Source: Nitrosomonadales bacterium (GTDB lineage Bacteria; Pseudomonadota; Gammaproteobacteria; Burkholderiales; SG8-39). From it: a stretch of DNA of 64,000 bases. The translations under genes and the position numbers were made by a program. Shown here piece after piece: positions 1 to 12,821 of this stretch (position 1 is its first letter; the number at the start of each line of letters is the position of its first letter). The notes under the pieces were generated by a model. That model saw only the letters and a list, made by a program, of their open reading frames with translations, was not told the origin of the DNA and did not search any database. Where the stretch lies: assembly GCA_005240145.1 (NCBI GenBank), contig SBAS01000095.1, positions 14,232 to 78,231 of the forward strand. Reading direction: 5' to 3'.

Positions 1-1038
1 ATCTTCACGCCGCGCGCCTTGACCTGCGGCTCCGCGAACACCTGCGCGATGTTGTTGATCGGGCCGTTCGGCACGCCGGCGGATTCGAGCAGCGACAGCC
101 AGTCGGCGGTGGTCTTCTTGCCGAAAATTTCCTGGATCAGGCGGGTCAGCTCGGCACGGTTCTCGACGCGCTTGCCGTTGCTGGCGAAGCGCGCGTCGGT
201 CGCGAGCTGAGGGCAGCCCGCCGCATCGCAAAATTTCCGGAACAGGTTGTCATTGCCGCAGGCGACGATCACTTCGCCGTCGCTCGAGCGGAACGGCTGA
301 TAGGGCACGATGTTCGGATGCAGGTTGCCGATGCGCCCGGGCGCCTTGCCGGTCGAAAAGTAATTGGTGTTCTGGTAGGCGAGCAGCGCGATCTGCGAAT
401 CCAGCAGCGCGAGGTCGAGATGCTGGCCGGCGCCGCTCTGCCCCCGGCTGGCGAGCGCAGCGCAGATCGCGATCGACGCGTACATGCCGGTGATGATGTC
501 GGCGATCGGCACGCCGGCACGCTGCGGTCCGCCTCCCGGCATGCCATCGGGTTCACCGGTTATGCTCATCATCCCGCCCATGCCCTGGATCATGAAGTCG
601 TAGCCCGGCCGCTCGCGGTACGGTCCGGTCTGGCCGAACCCGGTGACCGAGCAGTAGATCAGGCGCGGGTTCACGCTCTTCAAGTCCTCATAGCCCAGGC
701 CGTAGCGCGCCAGATCGCCGTGCTTGTAGTTTTCTATGAGTACATCGCATTCGCGCGCCAGCGCTCGAATCAGCGCCTGGCCTTGCGGCGCGGCCACGTT
801 GACGGTGATGGATTTCTTGCCGCGGTTGGCCGAAGTGAAATAGGCCGAGTCCCTGGTTTCGCGCCCTTTGCTGTCCTTCACCCAGGGCGGTCCGAACGCG
901 CGCGAGTCATCGCCGACATTGGGCCGTTCTACCTTGATCACCTCGGCCCCGAGGTCGGCCAAATTCTGCCCGGCCCAGGGGCCAGCCAGCACGCGCGACA
1001 AATCGAGCACTCGCACCTGCGCCAATGGTCCTGCCATG
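1..1038 (-). CDS. Family III CoA-transferase (CaiB/BaiF-like); C-terminal end cut by window edge
   Basis: Not in the ORF track because no stop lies in the window. Manual minus-strand translation from ATG 1038-1036 gives MAGPLAQVRVLDLSRVLAGPWAGQNLADLGAEVIKVERP...GYDFMIQGMGGMMSITGEP..., typical of family III CoA-transferases. The + ORF 318..1226 is its antisense shadow. Confidence 0.8.
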
Positions 1039-1069
1039 AACTGCTCCTGAACTGGAAAGGTGCGGCAAT

Positions 1070-1864
1070 CTACCAGAGGTTCGCCAGCATGCGCAGCGCA
1101 AGGCCGAGGAGCATGAGCGCGAAAAGGATGCGCAGTCGCTTGACCGGCAGCCGATGCGCGAGCCGCGCGCCCAATGGTGCGACCGGCATGCTCGCAACGA
1201 CGATGAGCGCCAGCGCCGGCAGATAGACATAGCCCAGGCTGCCTGCCGGCAGCCCCTCGACGCGCAGGCCGTTCAGCACATAGCCGAGCGTGCCGGCAAG
1301 CGAGATCGGGAAGCCGTTCGCTGCCGCGGTGCCGATGGCGCGCTTGAGCGGCACATTGCACTTGGTGAGAAACGGGATCGAAAGGAACGCGCCGCCAGCG
1401 GCAAGCACGCCGGAAAAGCCGCCGATCGCCGCCCCGGCGCCGAACAGGCCGGCACGGCCGGGCAGCTGGCGCGCGGGCTTCGGCTTTGCCTCGAAGAACA
1501 TCTGCGCCGCGGCGTAGAACATGAAGCCGGTGAAAAAGATAGCGAGCGGACGCGTCGGCACGAATCCCGTCGCGAGCGTCGCCAGGAGCGCGCCCGCGAC
1601 GATCCCCGGCGCCATGGCGCGCGCGACGGCCCAGTCCACTGCGTCGTGGCGGTTGTGCGCGCGCACGCTGGCAGCCGAAGTGAATACGATGGTTGCCATC
1701 GAGGTCGCAAGCGCGAGATGCATCAGGTACTCGGCGGGAAAGCCCTTCGCCGTGAACACGAATACCAGCATCGGCACCATGACCATGCCGCCACCCACGC
1801 CCAGCAGGCCGGCGAGGAAGCCCACCGTCACGCCGATGGCGAGGTAGGCCCACCACCACTCCAT
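1070..1864 (-). CDS. TauE/SafE family (sulfite exporter-like) membrane protein
   Basis: 264-aa polytopic hydrophobic protein with GLLGVGGGMVMVP and GGFSGVLAAGGAFLSIPFL motifs. Its start shares one nucleotide with the upstream stop (TGATG). Confidence 0.8.
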   Translation of the reverse strand: MEWWWAYLAIGVTVGFLAGLLGVGGGMVMVPMLVFVFTAKGFPAEYLMHLALATSMATIVFTSAASVRAHNRHDAVDWAVARAMAPGIVAGALLATLATGFVPTRPLAIFFTGFMFYAAAQMFFEAKPKPARQLPGRAGLFGAGAAIGGFSGVLAAGGAFLSIPFLTKCNVPLKRAIGTAAANGFPISLAGTLGYVLNGLRVEGLPAGSLGYVYLPALALIVVASMPVAPLGARLAHRLPVKRLRILFALMLLGLALRMLANLW

Positions 1865-2658
1865 CAGCCGTGCCCGGAAGGACGCGCGAGCAGATGCGCC
1901 GCGAGTTCGGCGAAGCCGGCGCCGGCCGCGCCGCGCGTGACGTATTTCGGCTCAGGCTTGAGGCTGCCCGCAAAGCGCGCGATGTTGGCGACGCCGACGG
2001 AGCAGTCGAAAGCCGCGAACATCGGCGCGTCGTTCGGCGAATCGCCCGCGAACGCGAACTCCTGCCGCAGCAGGTTCGCAGGAATCCTGAGTTGCTCGGC
2101 ACACAACAGCAAAGTCATCGCGAGCTTGTCGTAGCTGCCGAACCAGCCGTTGACATGTATCGAACTCAGCTTGGCGGTGAGGCCCGCCTCGCGCATCAGC
2201 GCCGCGATGCGCTCGGCCGCCTCGACCGGCAGCGGCGGCACGTCTTCGCAATAGTCGATGGCGAGATCGGTTTCACGGTACGGCTGGTCGGACGCAAGCG
2301 CGCAGCCGGGAACCTGCTCGAGAATGCGCTCGCCGATCGCCTTGAGCCGTGCCCGCTTGAGCGCGCGGGCTTCGTCCGCGTCGTGAAACCTCTTGTGAAG
2401 TTTTCCCTGCTTGAAACAAAAATAGAATGCGCCGTTTTCCCCGACCACCGCATCCACCGGCCACAGGCGCGCGATGTGATCGCACCAGCCCGCCGGCCGC
2501 CCGGTGACCGCGACGAGGATCCGGCCGGCACGCTTGAGATTCTCCAGGCCCGCGTAAGCCTCCAGCGTGAGCTTGCCCTCCGTTGTGAGCGTATCGTCGA
2601 TGTCGAACAACAGGCCGCGGATGCGATGCGCATCGCGCCATTCGGCCAGCGGCTTCAT
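1864..2658 (-). CDS. HAD-superfamily (IIB/Cof-like) hydrolase
   Basis: LLFDIDDTLT motif I and GDSPNDAPMF motif IV. Start placed at the internal ATG (MKPLAEW), which forms an ATGA overlap with the glpD stop; the track ORF extends 34 codons upstream into glpD. Confidence 0.75.
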   Translation of the reverse strand: MKPLAEWRDAHRIRGLLFDIDDTLTTEGKLTLEAYAGLENLKRAGRILVAVTGRPAGWCDHIARLWPVDAVVGENGAFYFCFKQGKLHKRFHDADEARALKRARLKAIGERILEQVPGCALASDQPYRETDLAIDYCEDVPPLPVEAAERIAALMREAGLTAKLSSIHVNGWFGSYDKLAMTLLLCAEQLRIPANLLRQEFAFAGDSPNDAPMFAAFDCSVGVANIARFAGSLKPEPKYVTRGAAGAGFAELAAHLLARPSGHG

Positions 2659-4133
2659 GCGCGGCCCAGGACCTGCGCCACGCGCTGGCGCTGCGCGGGA
2701 CTCATCAGCAGGCCGGCCTTGGTACGGCGCCACAGCACGTCGTCGGCCGTTTGCGCCCATTCCTGCGCGACGCAGTAGCGCACTTCACGCTCGCAAAGTC
2801 CGGCGCCTAAGTCTTCGCCGAGGTCGCCGTCGCCGACCACCGCCTGCGCATGCGTGCCGTGGCGGCGGAAGATTCCACGCAGCATTGATTCCGCGATGTG
2901 CGGATGGCTGGCGAAAAATGCATCGCGCGCCTCGACGCGTGCGACGCCGCCGAAATCGCTGCCCGAGAGCGCAACCCGGTCGGTCCACGCCGGCCTGAGT
3001 CCGGGAAAGTAAGGGGCGAGCCGGTCCATCGCCTGCTCCGCCAGCCGCCGGTAGGTGGTGATCTTGCCGCCGAACACCGACAGCACGGGGGCTGCGCCCT
3101 CCTCGTCGTCCACGCGCAGCGTGTAATCGCGGGTCACCGCGGAGGGATCGGCGGAACCATCGTCGTACAGCGGACGCACGCCCGCGTACTTCCAGACGAT
3201 GTCTTCGGCGCGCACCGGCCGACCAAGGTAGCGGTTCACGGCGCGGCACAGGTACGCGACCTCTGCCGAACTCACTTCCGGGCGCGCGTTCGCGTCCTCT
3301 ACCGGTACATCGGTGGTCCCCACCAGCGTATGCAGCTCGCCATAGGGAATCATGAAGATCACGCGCCGATCGTCGTTCTGCAGGATGAACGCATGCTCGC
3401 CGTCGTAAAGCTTCGGCAACACGATGTGGCTGCCTTTCACCAGGCGCACCGCATCGCTCGAGGCCTGCGACAGACTGGCGTTCAGCACCGATTTGACCCA
3501 GGGTCCCGCCGCGTTGACCACGACCTTCGCGCCCACCTGCTCGCCGTTGGACAGGCTGGCCGCCCAGTGACCATTCGCACGCGCCGCCGACACGCACTCT
3601 GTCCGCGTCAGCACGCGCGCGCCGCGCGCGCGCGCGTCCATGGCGTTGGCGACCACCAGGCGGGCGTCGTCCACGCGACAGTCGGAGTAGGCGAAGCCGT
3701 GCTTGAGTTGCGCCTTCAAGCCCGAGTTGTAGGGCGGTTCGTCCAGGCGCACGGCCTTCGAGCCCGTCAGGCTGCCGCGGCGCGATCCGAGCCTTCCCAG
3801 GTTGTCGTAGAGGAATAGACCAGCACGGATCATCCAGCGCGGCCGCAGTTCCTGTACGTGCGGCATGACGAAACGCGCCGGCCAGACCAAGTGCGCGGCG
3901 ATCTTGAGCAGGAGTTCACGCTCGGCGAGGGCTTCGGCCACCAGCCTGAACTCGTAGAGCTCGAGGTAGCGCAGTCCGCCGTGGATCAGCTTCGAAGACG
4001 AGGACGAGGTGGCGCAGGCAAGATCGTCCTTCTCCACCAGCAGCACTGACAGGCCGCGACCCGCAGCGTCGCGCGCGATGCCGGCGCCATTGACGCCGCC
4101 GCCCACGACCAGCAGGTCGTAATTATTCTCCAA
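2655..4133 (-). CDS. glpD: Aerobic glycerol-3-phosphate dehydrogenase (FAD)
   Basis: N-terminal YDLLVVGGGVNGAGIARDAAGRG dinucleotide fold and SSSSSKLIHGGLRYLE motif; 492 aa. The start codon is TTG. Confidence 0.85.
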   Translation of the reverse strand: MENNYDLLVVGGGVNGAGIARDAAGRGLSVLLVEKDDLACATSSSSSKLIHGGLRYLELYEFRLVAEALAERELLLKIAAHLVWPARFVMPHVQELRPRWMIRAGLFLYDNLGRLGSRRGSLTGSKAVRLDEPPYNSGLKAQLKHGFAYSDCRVDDARLVVANAMDARARGARVLTRTECVSAARANGHWAASLSNGEQVGAKVVVNAAGPWVKSVLNASLSQASSDAVRLVKGSHIVLPKLYDGEHAFILQNDDRRVIFMIPYGELHTLVGTTDVPVEDANARPEVSSAEVAYLCRAVNRYLGRPVRAEDIVWKYAGVRPLYDDGSADPSAVTRDYTLRVDDEEGAAPVLSVFGGKITTYRRLAEQAMDRLAPYFPGLRPAWTDRVALSGSDFGGVARVEARDAFFASHPHIAESMLRGIFRRHGTHAQAVVGDGDLGEDLGAGLCEREVRYCVAQEWAQTADDVLWRRTKAGLLMSPAQRQRVAQVLGRA

Positions 4134-4160
4134 GGGGTCCGTGCGGTCGCAAACGGGAAA

Positions 4161-5749
4161 TTATACGGCGCGCGACACTTCCACCTCGAAGGCGACGCCT
4201 CCTCCGCCTGGCAGATTTTCCGCCCGCAGCGCGCCGCCGTGAAATTCCACGATCAACCGCGCGATGTACAGGCCCAGCCCGAGATGCGGCGCCGTCCCGG
4301 AGCGCTCGCCGCGCAGCGACACCATAGAGTCAAAGAGCGACTCGCGGATCGCATCGGGCAAAGGCGCCCCCTGGTTTTCGATCCTGAGAATGACTTTGCC
4401 GCCGCGCAGCGCCATGGAAATCCGTATCGGCGAGCCACTGCTGGCAAAGTCGGCGGCATTCTCCACCAGCTTGTCGAGCGCCTGCGCGAACAGATCAGCA
4501 GCGCCCAGTATCGCCACCTCTTCCGCGGGCAGCGAAAGTTCGAACTTGCTTGTCGCATACGCGAGCCTGTAGCCCTCGACGCAGCCACGCGCTACGGCCG
4601 CGGCATCGAAGCTCTCGCGAGTTGCCGCGGAGAGTCCCTGCTCGAGGCGGCTCGCCTCGGTCATGCGCGACAGGATGGTACTCAGGCGCGCCAGGCCTTC
4701 CTCCGCGCGCCTGACGTAGACTTGCGTTTCTTCCGGCGTGCGCGCGCTGTGCAGGTTATCCAGCGAAGAACGCACCACTGCAATCGGCGTTCGCAGTTCG
4801 TGCGAAAGCCTGCCCGCGAGGGCCTCAAGGTAGGCGTTGTAGCCCGCCAGGCGTCCCAGAACTTTCGTGAAGCCGCGCGACAGGTCGCCAATTTCGTCCG
4901 CCGCGTCCGATGCCGTCGTCAGGCGTGTCACCCGGCCGTGCGCGTCAATCGCTGCCTCGGCCTCGTCGCTCAGGCGCCGGATGCGATTGGTGATGCGCGT
5001 CGCGAACCACAGCAGCATTGTCGCCACCAGCAGGAAAACCACCAGCGTCGCCACCAGCAGCCGCTCCAGCGCCTGGCTGCGCAGCGAGGCGATGCGGTTG
5101 GTGGTTTCCTCGACCACCACCGCGCCGTGGATCTGGTCGCCAACCCAGATCGGGAACGCCGCCGACACGACGACGGCCTGTCCGTCGCGCGTGTTGCGCG
5201 TGCGGGTGCCTGCGGCACCTTGCAGTGCACCCGCCACCTCGCGTCCGGCGGCGATGGCGTCCTCGGCAATCGCGTCGTCGAATTCCTCCGTAGGCGGAGC
5301 GAGCAGCCAGCCCAGCGTGCGTTCCACCAGGCTGGGCGGGGCGGGGTCCTTGCGCTTCAGGCTGCCGGTGAGGGCGAGTACGTGGTAGTCGCGACTCACC
5401 ACCCAGATGCGCGAACTCGCACGCTCCAGTCCCTTCAAGATCGCCGTGATTTCGCCGTCGGCGTCCTGGTTGCGAGGTTCCTCGCGCCCGATCACGCCTC
5501 CGGTAAGGCGCTGCAGCTCCCGTTCCGCCTCGCCACGCAATTCGGATTCGCTGCGCGAGCGGTACGCGAGCAGCTTCGGCCGTTCGTGCAACGCGGTGGC
5601 CACGGCACGCGCCGTGGCCATGAGCGCTTCTTCCTGCGCGGCAAGGAGAAATCGCTCCATTTCGCGCACGTAGCGCCAGCCCGCCCACGGCAGCACGAGC
5701 AGCGCAAGGGCGACCAGGGCGAGCTTGGCGCGCAGTGGAAAGCGGGTCA
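4161..5749 (-). CDS. Membrane sensor histidine kinase (HAMP-HisKA-HATPase)
   Basis: H-box LSHELRTPIAVV, N-box LVENAADF, G-boxes, and two TM segments flanking a periplasmic region. The track ORF (703 aa) runs upstream across the response-regulator gene. I place the start at GTG 5749 (VTRFPLRAKLALVAL...), 28 nt after the regulator stop; this start is uncertain. Confidence 0.75.
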
Positions 5750-5779
5750 CGGCGCCGGAGGCGCGTTCAACGTCACCGC

Positions 5780-6469
5780 CTACGATTTCCAGCGGTAGCC
5801 GAGCCCGTACGCGGTCTCTATCGCATCGAAGGCCGGATCGGCGCCGATGAACTTTGCGCGCAGGCGCTTGACGTGGGAGGTGACGGTCGCATCGTCGACG
5901 ACGAGCTCGGCGTCGCGCATGAGCTGGTCGCGGTTCTTGACGTGGCCCGGATGGCGCGCGAGCGAATGCGCGATCCAGAACTCGGTCAGCGTGAGCTCGA
6001 CCCGGCTGCCCTTCCAGTGCGCGCTGAAGCGCTTCAGATCCAGCTCCAGTTCGCCGCGCACGATGCGTTCTTCGACGGGCTTTGCCTCCGCGAGCGCATC
6101 CACGCGCCGGAACAGGGCCGCGATGCGCGCCATCAGGTGCGGCAGGCTTACGCCCTTGGTCAGGTAGTCGTCGGCGCCGAGCCGGAAGCCGGACACGACG
6201 TCGAAATCCGAGTCCCGCGCGGTGAGGAAAACGATCGGGATCTGCGGCGAAAGGGAACGCAGGTCGCGGCACAGGGCGAAACCGCCTTCCGCATCGTCGC
6301 CCAGGCCGATGTCGATGATCGTCAGATCCGGCAGGCGCAGGCGAAATGCCTCCATCGCCTCGCGGCGGGCGGCGTAAGCGGACACCTCGTAACCGTGACG
6401 CGAGAGCGCCTCGGTGTAGTTGGCGCGGATGGCGGCATCATCCTCGACGATCGCGATGCGGCGGACCAT
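5780..6469 (-). CDS. OmpR/PhoB-family response regulator
   Basis: Receiver domain (IAIVEDD...LTIIDIGLGD...FLTARD) plus a winged-helix C-terminus (LTLTEFWI...HVKRLRAKF...GLGYRW). Confidence 0.9.
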   Translation of the reverse strand: MVRRIAIVEDDAAIRANYTEALSRHGYEVSAYAARREAMEAFRLRLPDLTIIDIGLGDDAEGGFALCRDLRSLSPQIPIVFLTARDSDFDVVSGFRLGADDYLTKGVSLPHLMARIAALFRRVDALAEAKPVEERIVRGELELDLKRFSAHWKGSRVELTLTEFWIAHSLARHPGHVKNRDQLMRDAELVVDDATVTSHVKRLRAKFIGADPAFDAIETAYGLGYRWKS

Positions 6470-6596
6470 GGCCTGAATATACCGGAAGGGCCGCTGTCAT
6501 TTTTTCGCCCCAATTCTTCTCTGCCTTGCCATGGGACCGGCCCACTGCGCGCTCGAACAGCGCCTGTAATGGGATCCACCAACAAGGAGGCAGTAA

Positions 6597-6713
6597 ATGA
6601 TCCGGTCCAGGCCCTACATCGTCGAAGTCGCAGCCCAGGTCGCGCTCGCCGCCGCGATCGGACTGTTCGTCAGCATCGTGCTTGCCAGCGGCGTGATGCT
6701 GCTCGCCGCATGA
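6597..6713 (+). CDS. Candidate 38-aa single-TM small protein (MIRSRPYIVEVAAQVALAAAIGLFVSIVLASGVMLLAA)
   Basis: Below the ORF-track size cutoff. Consensus SD AAGGAGG (6584-6590) lies 6 nt before the ATG. Basic N-terminus followed by about 24 hydrophobic residues. Divergent from the two-component operon. Confidence 0.35.
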   Translation: MIRSRPYIVEVAAQVALAAAIGLFVSIVLASGVMLLAA

Positions 6714-6938
6714 GCGGCACAACAAAATACGGCAACGTCGCGCTCGGTGTGGAATCGGCCCTGCCGGCCGTCACGCTGCCGCCGCGCTGCCGTCCGCGCA
6801 GCCGCGTGCGCCGCTTTTACAGCGTACTGATCGCTGCGCTGAGGCGCTGGGCCTAGGAACCGCGGGGGCGGGCGCGCTGGATCCAGGAAAGGAGGATCGG
6901 GACACGGCCCCGGCGCTGCCCGCCCGCTTCGGCAAAGC

Positions 6939-7274
6939 ATGCAAACCCTCGAGAAGCTGATGCAACGAACGCTCCTCTGGAAAATCGTCCTCATCGGCCT
7001 GGTCGCGCTGCTGCTGCAGGTCCCCGTCGGCATGATTCGCGGCCTGGTCTCGGAGCGGCAGGCCGCGCGCGACGCATTCCAGAGGCACAGCCTCGCGGTG
7101 TCGTTCATCCAGCCCGTCGATCTCTATCAGACGGTCGAGCGCTCGGCGAAGTACGGCTTGCTCTTCATCGGGCTCACCTTCGCGGCCTTCTTCGTCTTCG
7201 AGATCCTGCGCCGGCTCGCGATCGCGGCCGCCAGTCCCAAGCCAGAAGCCCCGGCAGCGCAGAAACCTGCCTAG
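6939..7274 (+). pseudogene. creD: Internally deleted and 3'-truncated remnant of creD (cell envelope integrity protein CreD)
   Basis: The 111-aa ORF joins a CreD-like N-terminal anchor (LLWKIVLIGLVALLLQVPVGMIRGLVSERQ) directly to the motif that in full-length CreD (about 450 aa) lies around residue 300 (DLYQTVERSAKYGLLFIGLTFAAFFVFEIL). It then ends in unrelated Pro/Ala-rich sequence. Confidence 0.5.
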
Positions 7275-7285
7275 AATCCGGGGGC

Positions 7286-7972
7286 ATGAGCGCCCCTCTC
7301 ACGCTGATCATCGGCAACAAGAACTATTCCTCCTGGTCCATGCGCCCCTGGGTGCTGCTGCGCGGATTGGCTATCCCGTTCCGCGAGCGGCTGATCAAGT
7401 TCCATACCCAGGACTGGACCGACAACATCAAGGGCCTTTCGCCATCGGGCATGGTGCCGATCCTGTGGGAAGGCGAGCCAGGCAGCAGTTTCGCGACCTG
7501 GGACAGCCTCGCCATCGCCGAGCGGCTGCACGAGTTGTTCCCGGCGGCCGGCGTCTGGCCCTCCGATCCGCGCGCGCGCGCGCGGGCACGCTCGCTCTGC
7601 GCCGAGTTCCACTCCGGCTTCCGGACTTTCCGCAGTGCGATGCCGATGAATATTCGCAGCCGCTATCCGGGCAAGGGATTGAACCCGGATGTGGCGAAGG
7701 ACATCGAGCGCATCGTCGCGCTCTGGACCGATGCACGCAAGGAATTCGGCGCCAAGGGCAATTTCCTTTTCGGTGCCTTTTGCGCCGCGGATGCGTTCTA
7801 CGCTCCCGTAGCGACGCGCTTCGTCACCTATGGCTTCGAATTGAAGGGCGCGGCGCGCGAATACCAGCGCGCGCTGCTCGATTCCACCGGCGTCAAGGCC
7901 TGGAGCGCGGATGCAGTGAAGGAAACCGAGTTCGTCGCCGACGACGAACCTTACGCGGCAGCACCGCGCTAA
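7286..7972 (+). CDS. Glutathione S-transferase family protein
   Basis: Thioredoxin-like N-domain (LIIGNKNYSSWSMRPW, VPIL, WDSLAIAEYL-like) plus a helical C-domain; 228 aa. Confidence 0.75.
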   Translation: MSAPLTLIIGNKNYSSWSMRPWVLLRGLAIPFRERLIKFHTQDWTDNIKGLSPSGMVPILWEGEPGSSFATWDSLAIAERLHELFPAAGVWPSDPRARARARSLCAEFHSGFRTFRSAMPMNIRSRYPGKGLNPDVAKDIERIVALWTDARKEFGAKGNFLFGAFCAADAFYAPVATRFVTYGFELKGAAREYQRALLDSTGVKAWSADAVKETEFVADDEPYAAAPR

Positions 7973-8391
7973 CTACTTTTTGCGCAGTTTCCTGATGGCG
8001 GCGAGCTGCGCGGCAAGCATCGAGAGCTCGCCCTCGACCACCGCAATTTCCTGCTTGTCCTTGGCGCTGCGGCGCGCTTCCTCAGCCTTTTTGATGGCTT
8101 CGTTGGCCTTCGCCTCGTCCAGGTCGTGGCCGCGGATGGCGGTATCGGCCAGCACCGTGATCACTTTGGGCTGAATCTCGAGGATGCCACCGGCAACGAA
8201 GATCAACTCCTCCTCGCCGCCGGGCTTCTGGATGCGCACCGCACCGGCTTTGATGCGCGTGATCAGCGGCGCGTGGCGCGGATAGATGCCGAGTTCGCCG
8301 GACTCACCGGGCAGCACGACGAACTCCGCCGCGCCCGAGAAAATCGAGGCTTCGGCGCTGACGACGTCGACCTGTATCGTGGCGTTGGCCA

Positions 8392-8392
<1 letters not shown>
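7973..8392 (-). CDS. atpC: F1 ATP synthase epsilon subunit
   Basis: [20 protein letters not shown]... is a typical epsilon N-terminus. The start shares 1 nt with the atpD stop (TAATG); the track ORF has a 27-codon spurious extension. Confidence 0.9.
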
Positions 8393-10697
<2,305 letters not shown>

Positions 10698-10700
10698 GGC

Positions 10701-12248
10701 TTAGTACGTGCCGTTCTTCTTCCAGTCGGCGATCGCGTCCTTGAGGGCCTTTTCGTCCTCGCCCGCGAGATCGTTTTTTTCCTCGATACGCTTGATCAGG
10801 TCGGCGAACTTGCTCTTGAGGTGGTCGCGCATCGAGCGCTCGGCGGCGAGAGCCTTCTTCACGTCGACGTCGTTGAAAAAGCCGTTGTTCACCGCGAACA
10901 GCGTCACCGCCATCTCCCATACCTGCAGCGGACGGTATTGCGGCTGCTTCATGAGTTCGGTGACCATGCGGCCCAGTTCGAGCTGCTTGCGCGTGGCCTC
11001 GTCCAGGTCGGAGGCGAACTGCGCGAAAGCCGCCAGTTCACGATACTGCGCGAGCGCGAGGCGCACGCCGCCGCCGGTGTCGCGGCGCTTCATGATCTTG
11101 GTCTGCGCGGCGCCGCCGACCCGGGAGACCGAAACACCGGCGTTGATCGCGGGCCGGATGCCGGCGTTGAAAAGGTCGGTCTCGAGGAAGATCTGGCCGT
11201 CGGTGATCGAGATCACGTTGGTCGGCACGAACGCGGTGACATCGCCCGCCTGCGTTTCGATGATCGGCAGCGCGGTGAGCGAACCGGTTTTCCCCTTGAC
11301 CGCGCCCTTGGTGAATTTCTCGACGTAGGCCGGGTTCACGCGCGCGGCGCGCTCGAGCAACCGGCTGTGCAGGTAGAACACGTCCCCGGGATAGGCTTCG
11401 CGGCCCGGCGGGCGGCGCAGCAGGAGCGACACCTGGCGGTAGGCCCAGGCCTGCTTGGTCAAGTCGTCGTAAATGATGAGCGCGTCCTGGCCGCGGTCGC
11501 GGAAGTATTCGCCCATGGTGCAACCGGAATACGGCGCGATGAACTGCATCGCCGCCGACTCGGAAGCGGTGGCCGCGACGACGATGGTGTAGGCCATCGC
11601 GCCATGTTCCTCGAGCTTGCGCACGACGTTGGCGACCGTCGAAGCCTTCTGGCCGATCGCGACATAGACGCAGAACAGGTCCTTGCCCTTCTGGTTGATG
11701 ATCGTGTCCACCGCCACCGCCGTCTTGCCGGTCTGGCGGTCGCCGATGATGAGCTCGCGCTGGCCGCGTCCCACCGGCACCATGGCGTCGATCGCCTTCA
11801 AGCCGGTCTGCACCGGCTGCGACACCGACTGGCGCGCGATCACGCCCGGCGCCACCTTCTCGATGACGTCGGTGAGCTGGGCGTTGACCGGTCCCTTGCC
11901 GTCGATCGGCGCACCGAGCGAATTGACCACGCGGCCGAGCAGTTCCGGACCGATCGGCACCGACAGGATCTTGCCGGTGCACTTGACCGTGTCGCCTTCG
12001 GTGATGTGCTCGTATTCGCCCAGGATCACCGCGCCCACCGAATCGCGTTCGAGGTTGAGTGCCAGGCCGTAGGTATTCTTCGGAAACTCCAGCATTTCGC
12101 CCTGCATCACGTCCGATAGGCCGTGGATGCGGCAGATGCCGTCGGTCACCGACACGACGGTGCCCTGCGTGCGCATCTGCACGCCGGCATCCATATTCTG
12201 GATCCGGTTCTTGATGAGTTCCGAAATTTCGGACGGGTTCAGTTGCAT
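10701..12248 (-). CDS. atpA: F1 ATP synthase alpha subunit
   Basis: [13 protein letters not shown]..., Walker A GDRQTGKT, 515 aa, and SD AAGGAG upstream. Confidence 0.97.
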   Translation of the reverse strand: MQLNPSEISELIKNRIQNMDAGVQMRTQGTVVSVTDGICRIHGLSDVMQGEMLEFPKNTYGLALNLERDSVGAVILGEYEHITEGDTVKCTGKILSVPIGPELLGRVVNSLGAPIDGKGPVNAQLTDVIEKVAPGVIARQSVSQPVQTGLKAIDAMVPVGRGQRELIIGDRQTGKTAVAVDTIINQKGKDLFCVYVAIGQKASTVANVVRKLEEHGAMAYTIVVAATASESAAMQFIAPYSGCTMGEYFRDRGQDALIIYDDLTKQAWAYRQVSLLLRRPPGREAYPGDVFYLHSRLLERAARVNPAYVEKFTKGAVKGKTGSLTALPIIETQAGDVTAFVPTNVISITDGQIFLETDLFNAGIRPAINAGVSVSRVGGAAQTKIMKRRDTGGGVRLALAQYRELAAFAQFASDLDEATRKQLELGRMVTELMKQPQYRPLQVWEMAVTLFAVNNGFFNDVDVKKALAAERSMRDHLKSKFADLIKRIEEKNDLAGEDEKALKDAIADWKKNGTY

Positions 12249-12273
12249 GACTACTCCTTGAGCGTGCCGCTTT

Positions 12274-12810
12274 TTATGCCTTCAACGCGTTTTCGAGCGC
12301 GCCGAGCTGCGCGCGCGCGGAACCGTCGATGACCTGGTCGCCGATGACGATCTTGACGCCGCCGATGAGGGCCTTGTCGACGCTGACGCGCGCCCTCACC
12401 TTGCGGCCGGTATTCTTCTCCAGCCTGGACACCAGATCGGCGATCTGGCCCTGCTCCATCTCGAAGGCGCTGTAGACCTCGGCTTCGACCACGCCTTCGC
12501 GCTCGTTTTTGAGCACTTCGTACTGGGCGCGGATCTCGCCCAGCACTTCCAGCCGGCCGTTCTCGGCCAGCACGCGCACGAAATTTTCCGCCTCGCCCGA
12601 GAACTTGCCGGCGAGCACGGCGATGAACAGGCCGGCGACCTTGGTAGAGGGGAAATTCGGGTCGCCGATCGCCGCGCGCACGCGCTCGTCGGCCGCGACC
12701 GCCGCCAGGTTGGCGAGCGTCGCCGACCATTCCGTGAGCGCGCCTTTGGCGTCGGCCAGCCTGAAAGCGGCCTCTGCGTAGGGTCGTGCGATGGTACTGG
12801 GTTCGGCCAC
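12274..12810 (-). CDS. atpH: F1 ATP synthase delta subunit (OSCP)
   Basis: [10 protein letters not shown]-terminus, 178 aa, correct operon position, GTG start. Confidence 0.9.
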   Translation of the reverse strand: MAEPSTIARPYAEAAFRLADAKGALTEWSATLANLAAVAADERVRAAIGDPNFPSTKVAGLFIAVLAGKFSGEAENFVRVLAENGRLEVLGEIRAQYEVLKNEREGVVEAEVYSAFEMEQGQIADLVSRLEKNTGRKVRARVSVDKALIGGVKIVIGDQVIDGSARAQLGALENALKA

Positions 12811-12821
12811 GGGTTTTCCTA

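Noticed and set aside
318-1226. 302-aa + strand ORF at the left edge.
   Set aside because: It is antisense to a clear family III CoA-transferase read on the minus strand. The ORF track missed that gene because it has no stop in the window.
4161-6469. Naming the two-component pair as CreBC (because of the nearby creD remnant) or as a dedicated-sortase-system kinase and regulator.
   Set aside because: The pair is divergent from the creD remnant, and the kinase does not resemble CreC as I recall it. No sortase or sortase-target genes are nearby, and family assignment would need an HMM search I cannot run.
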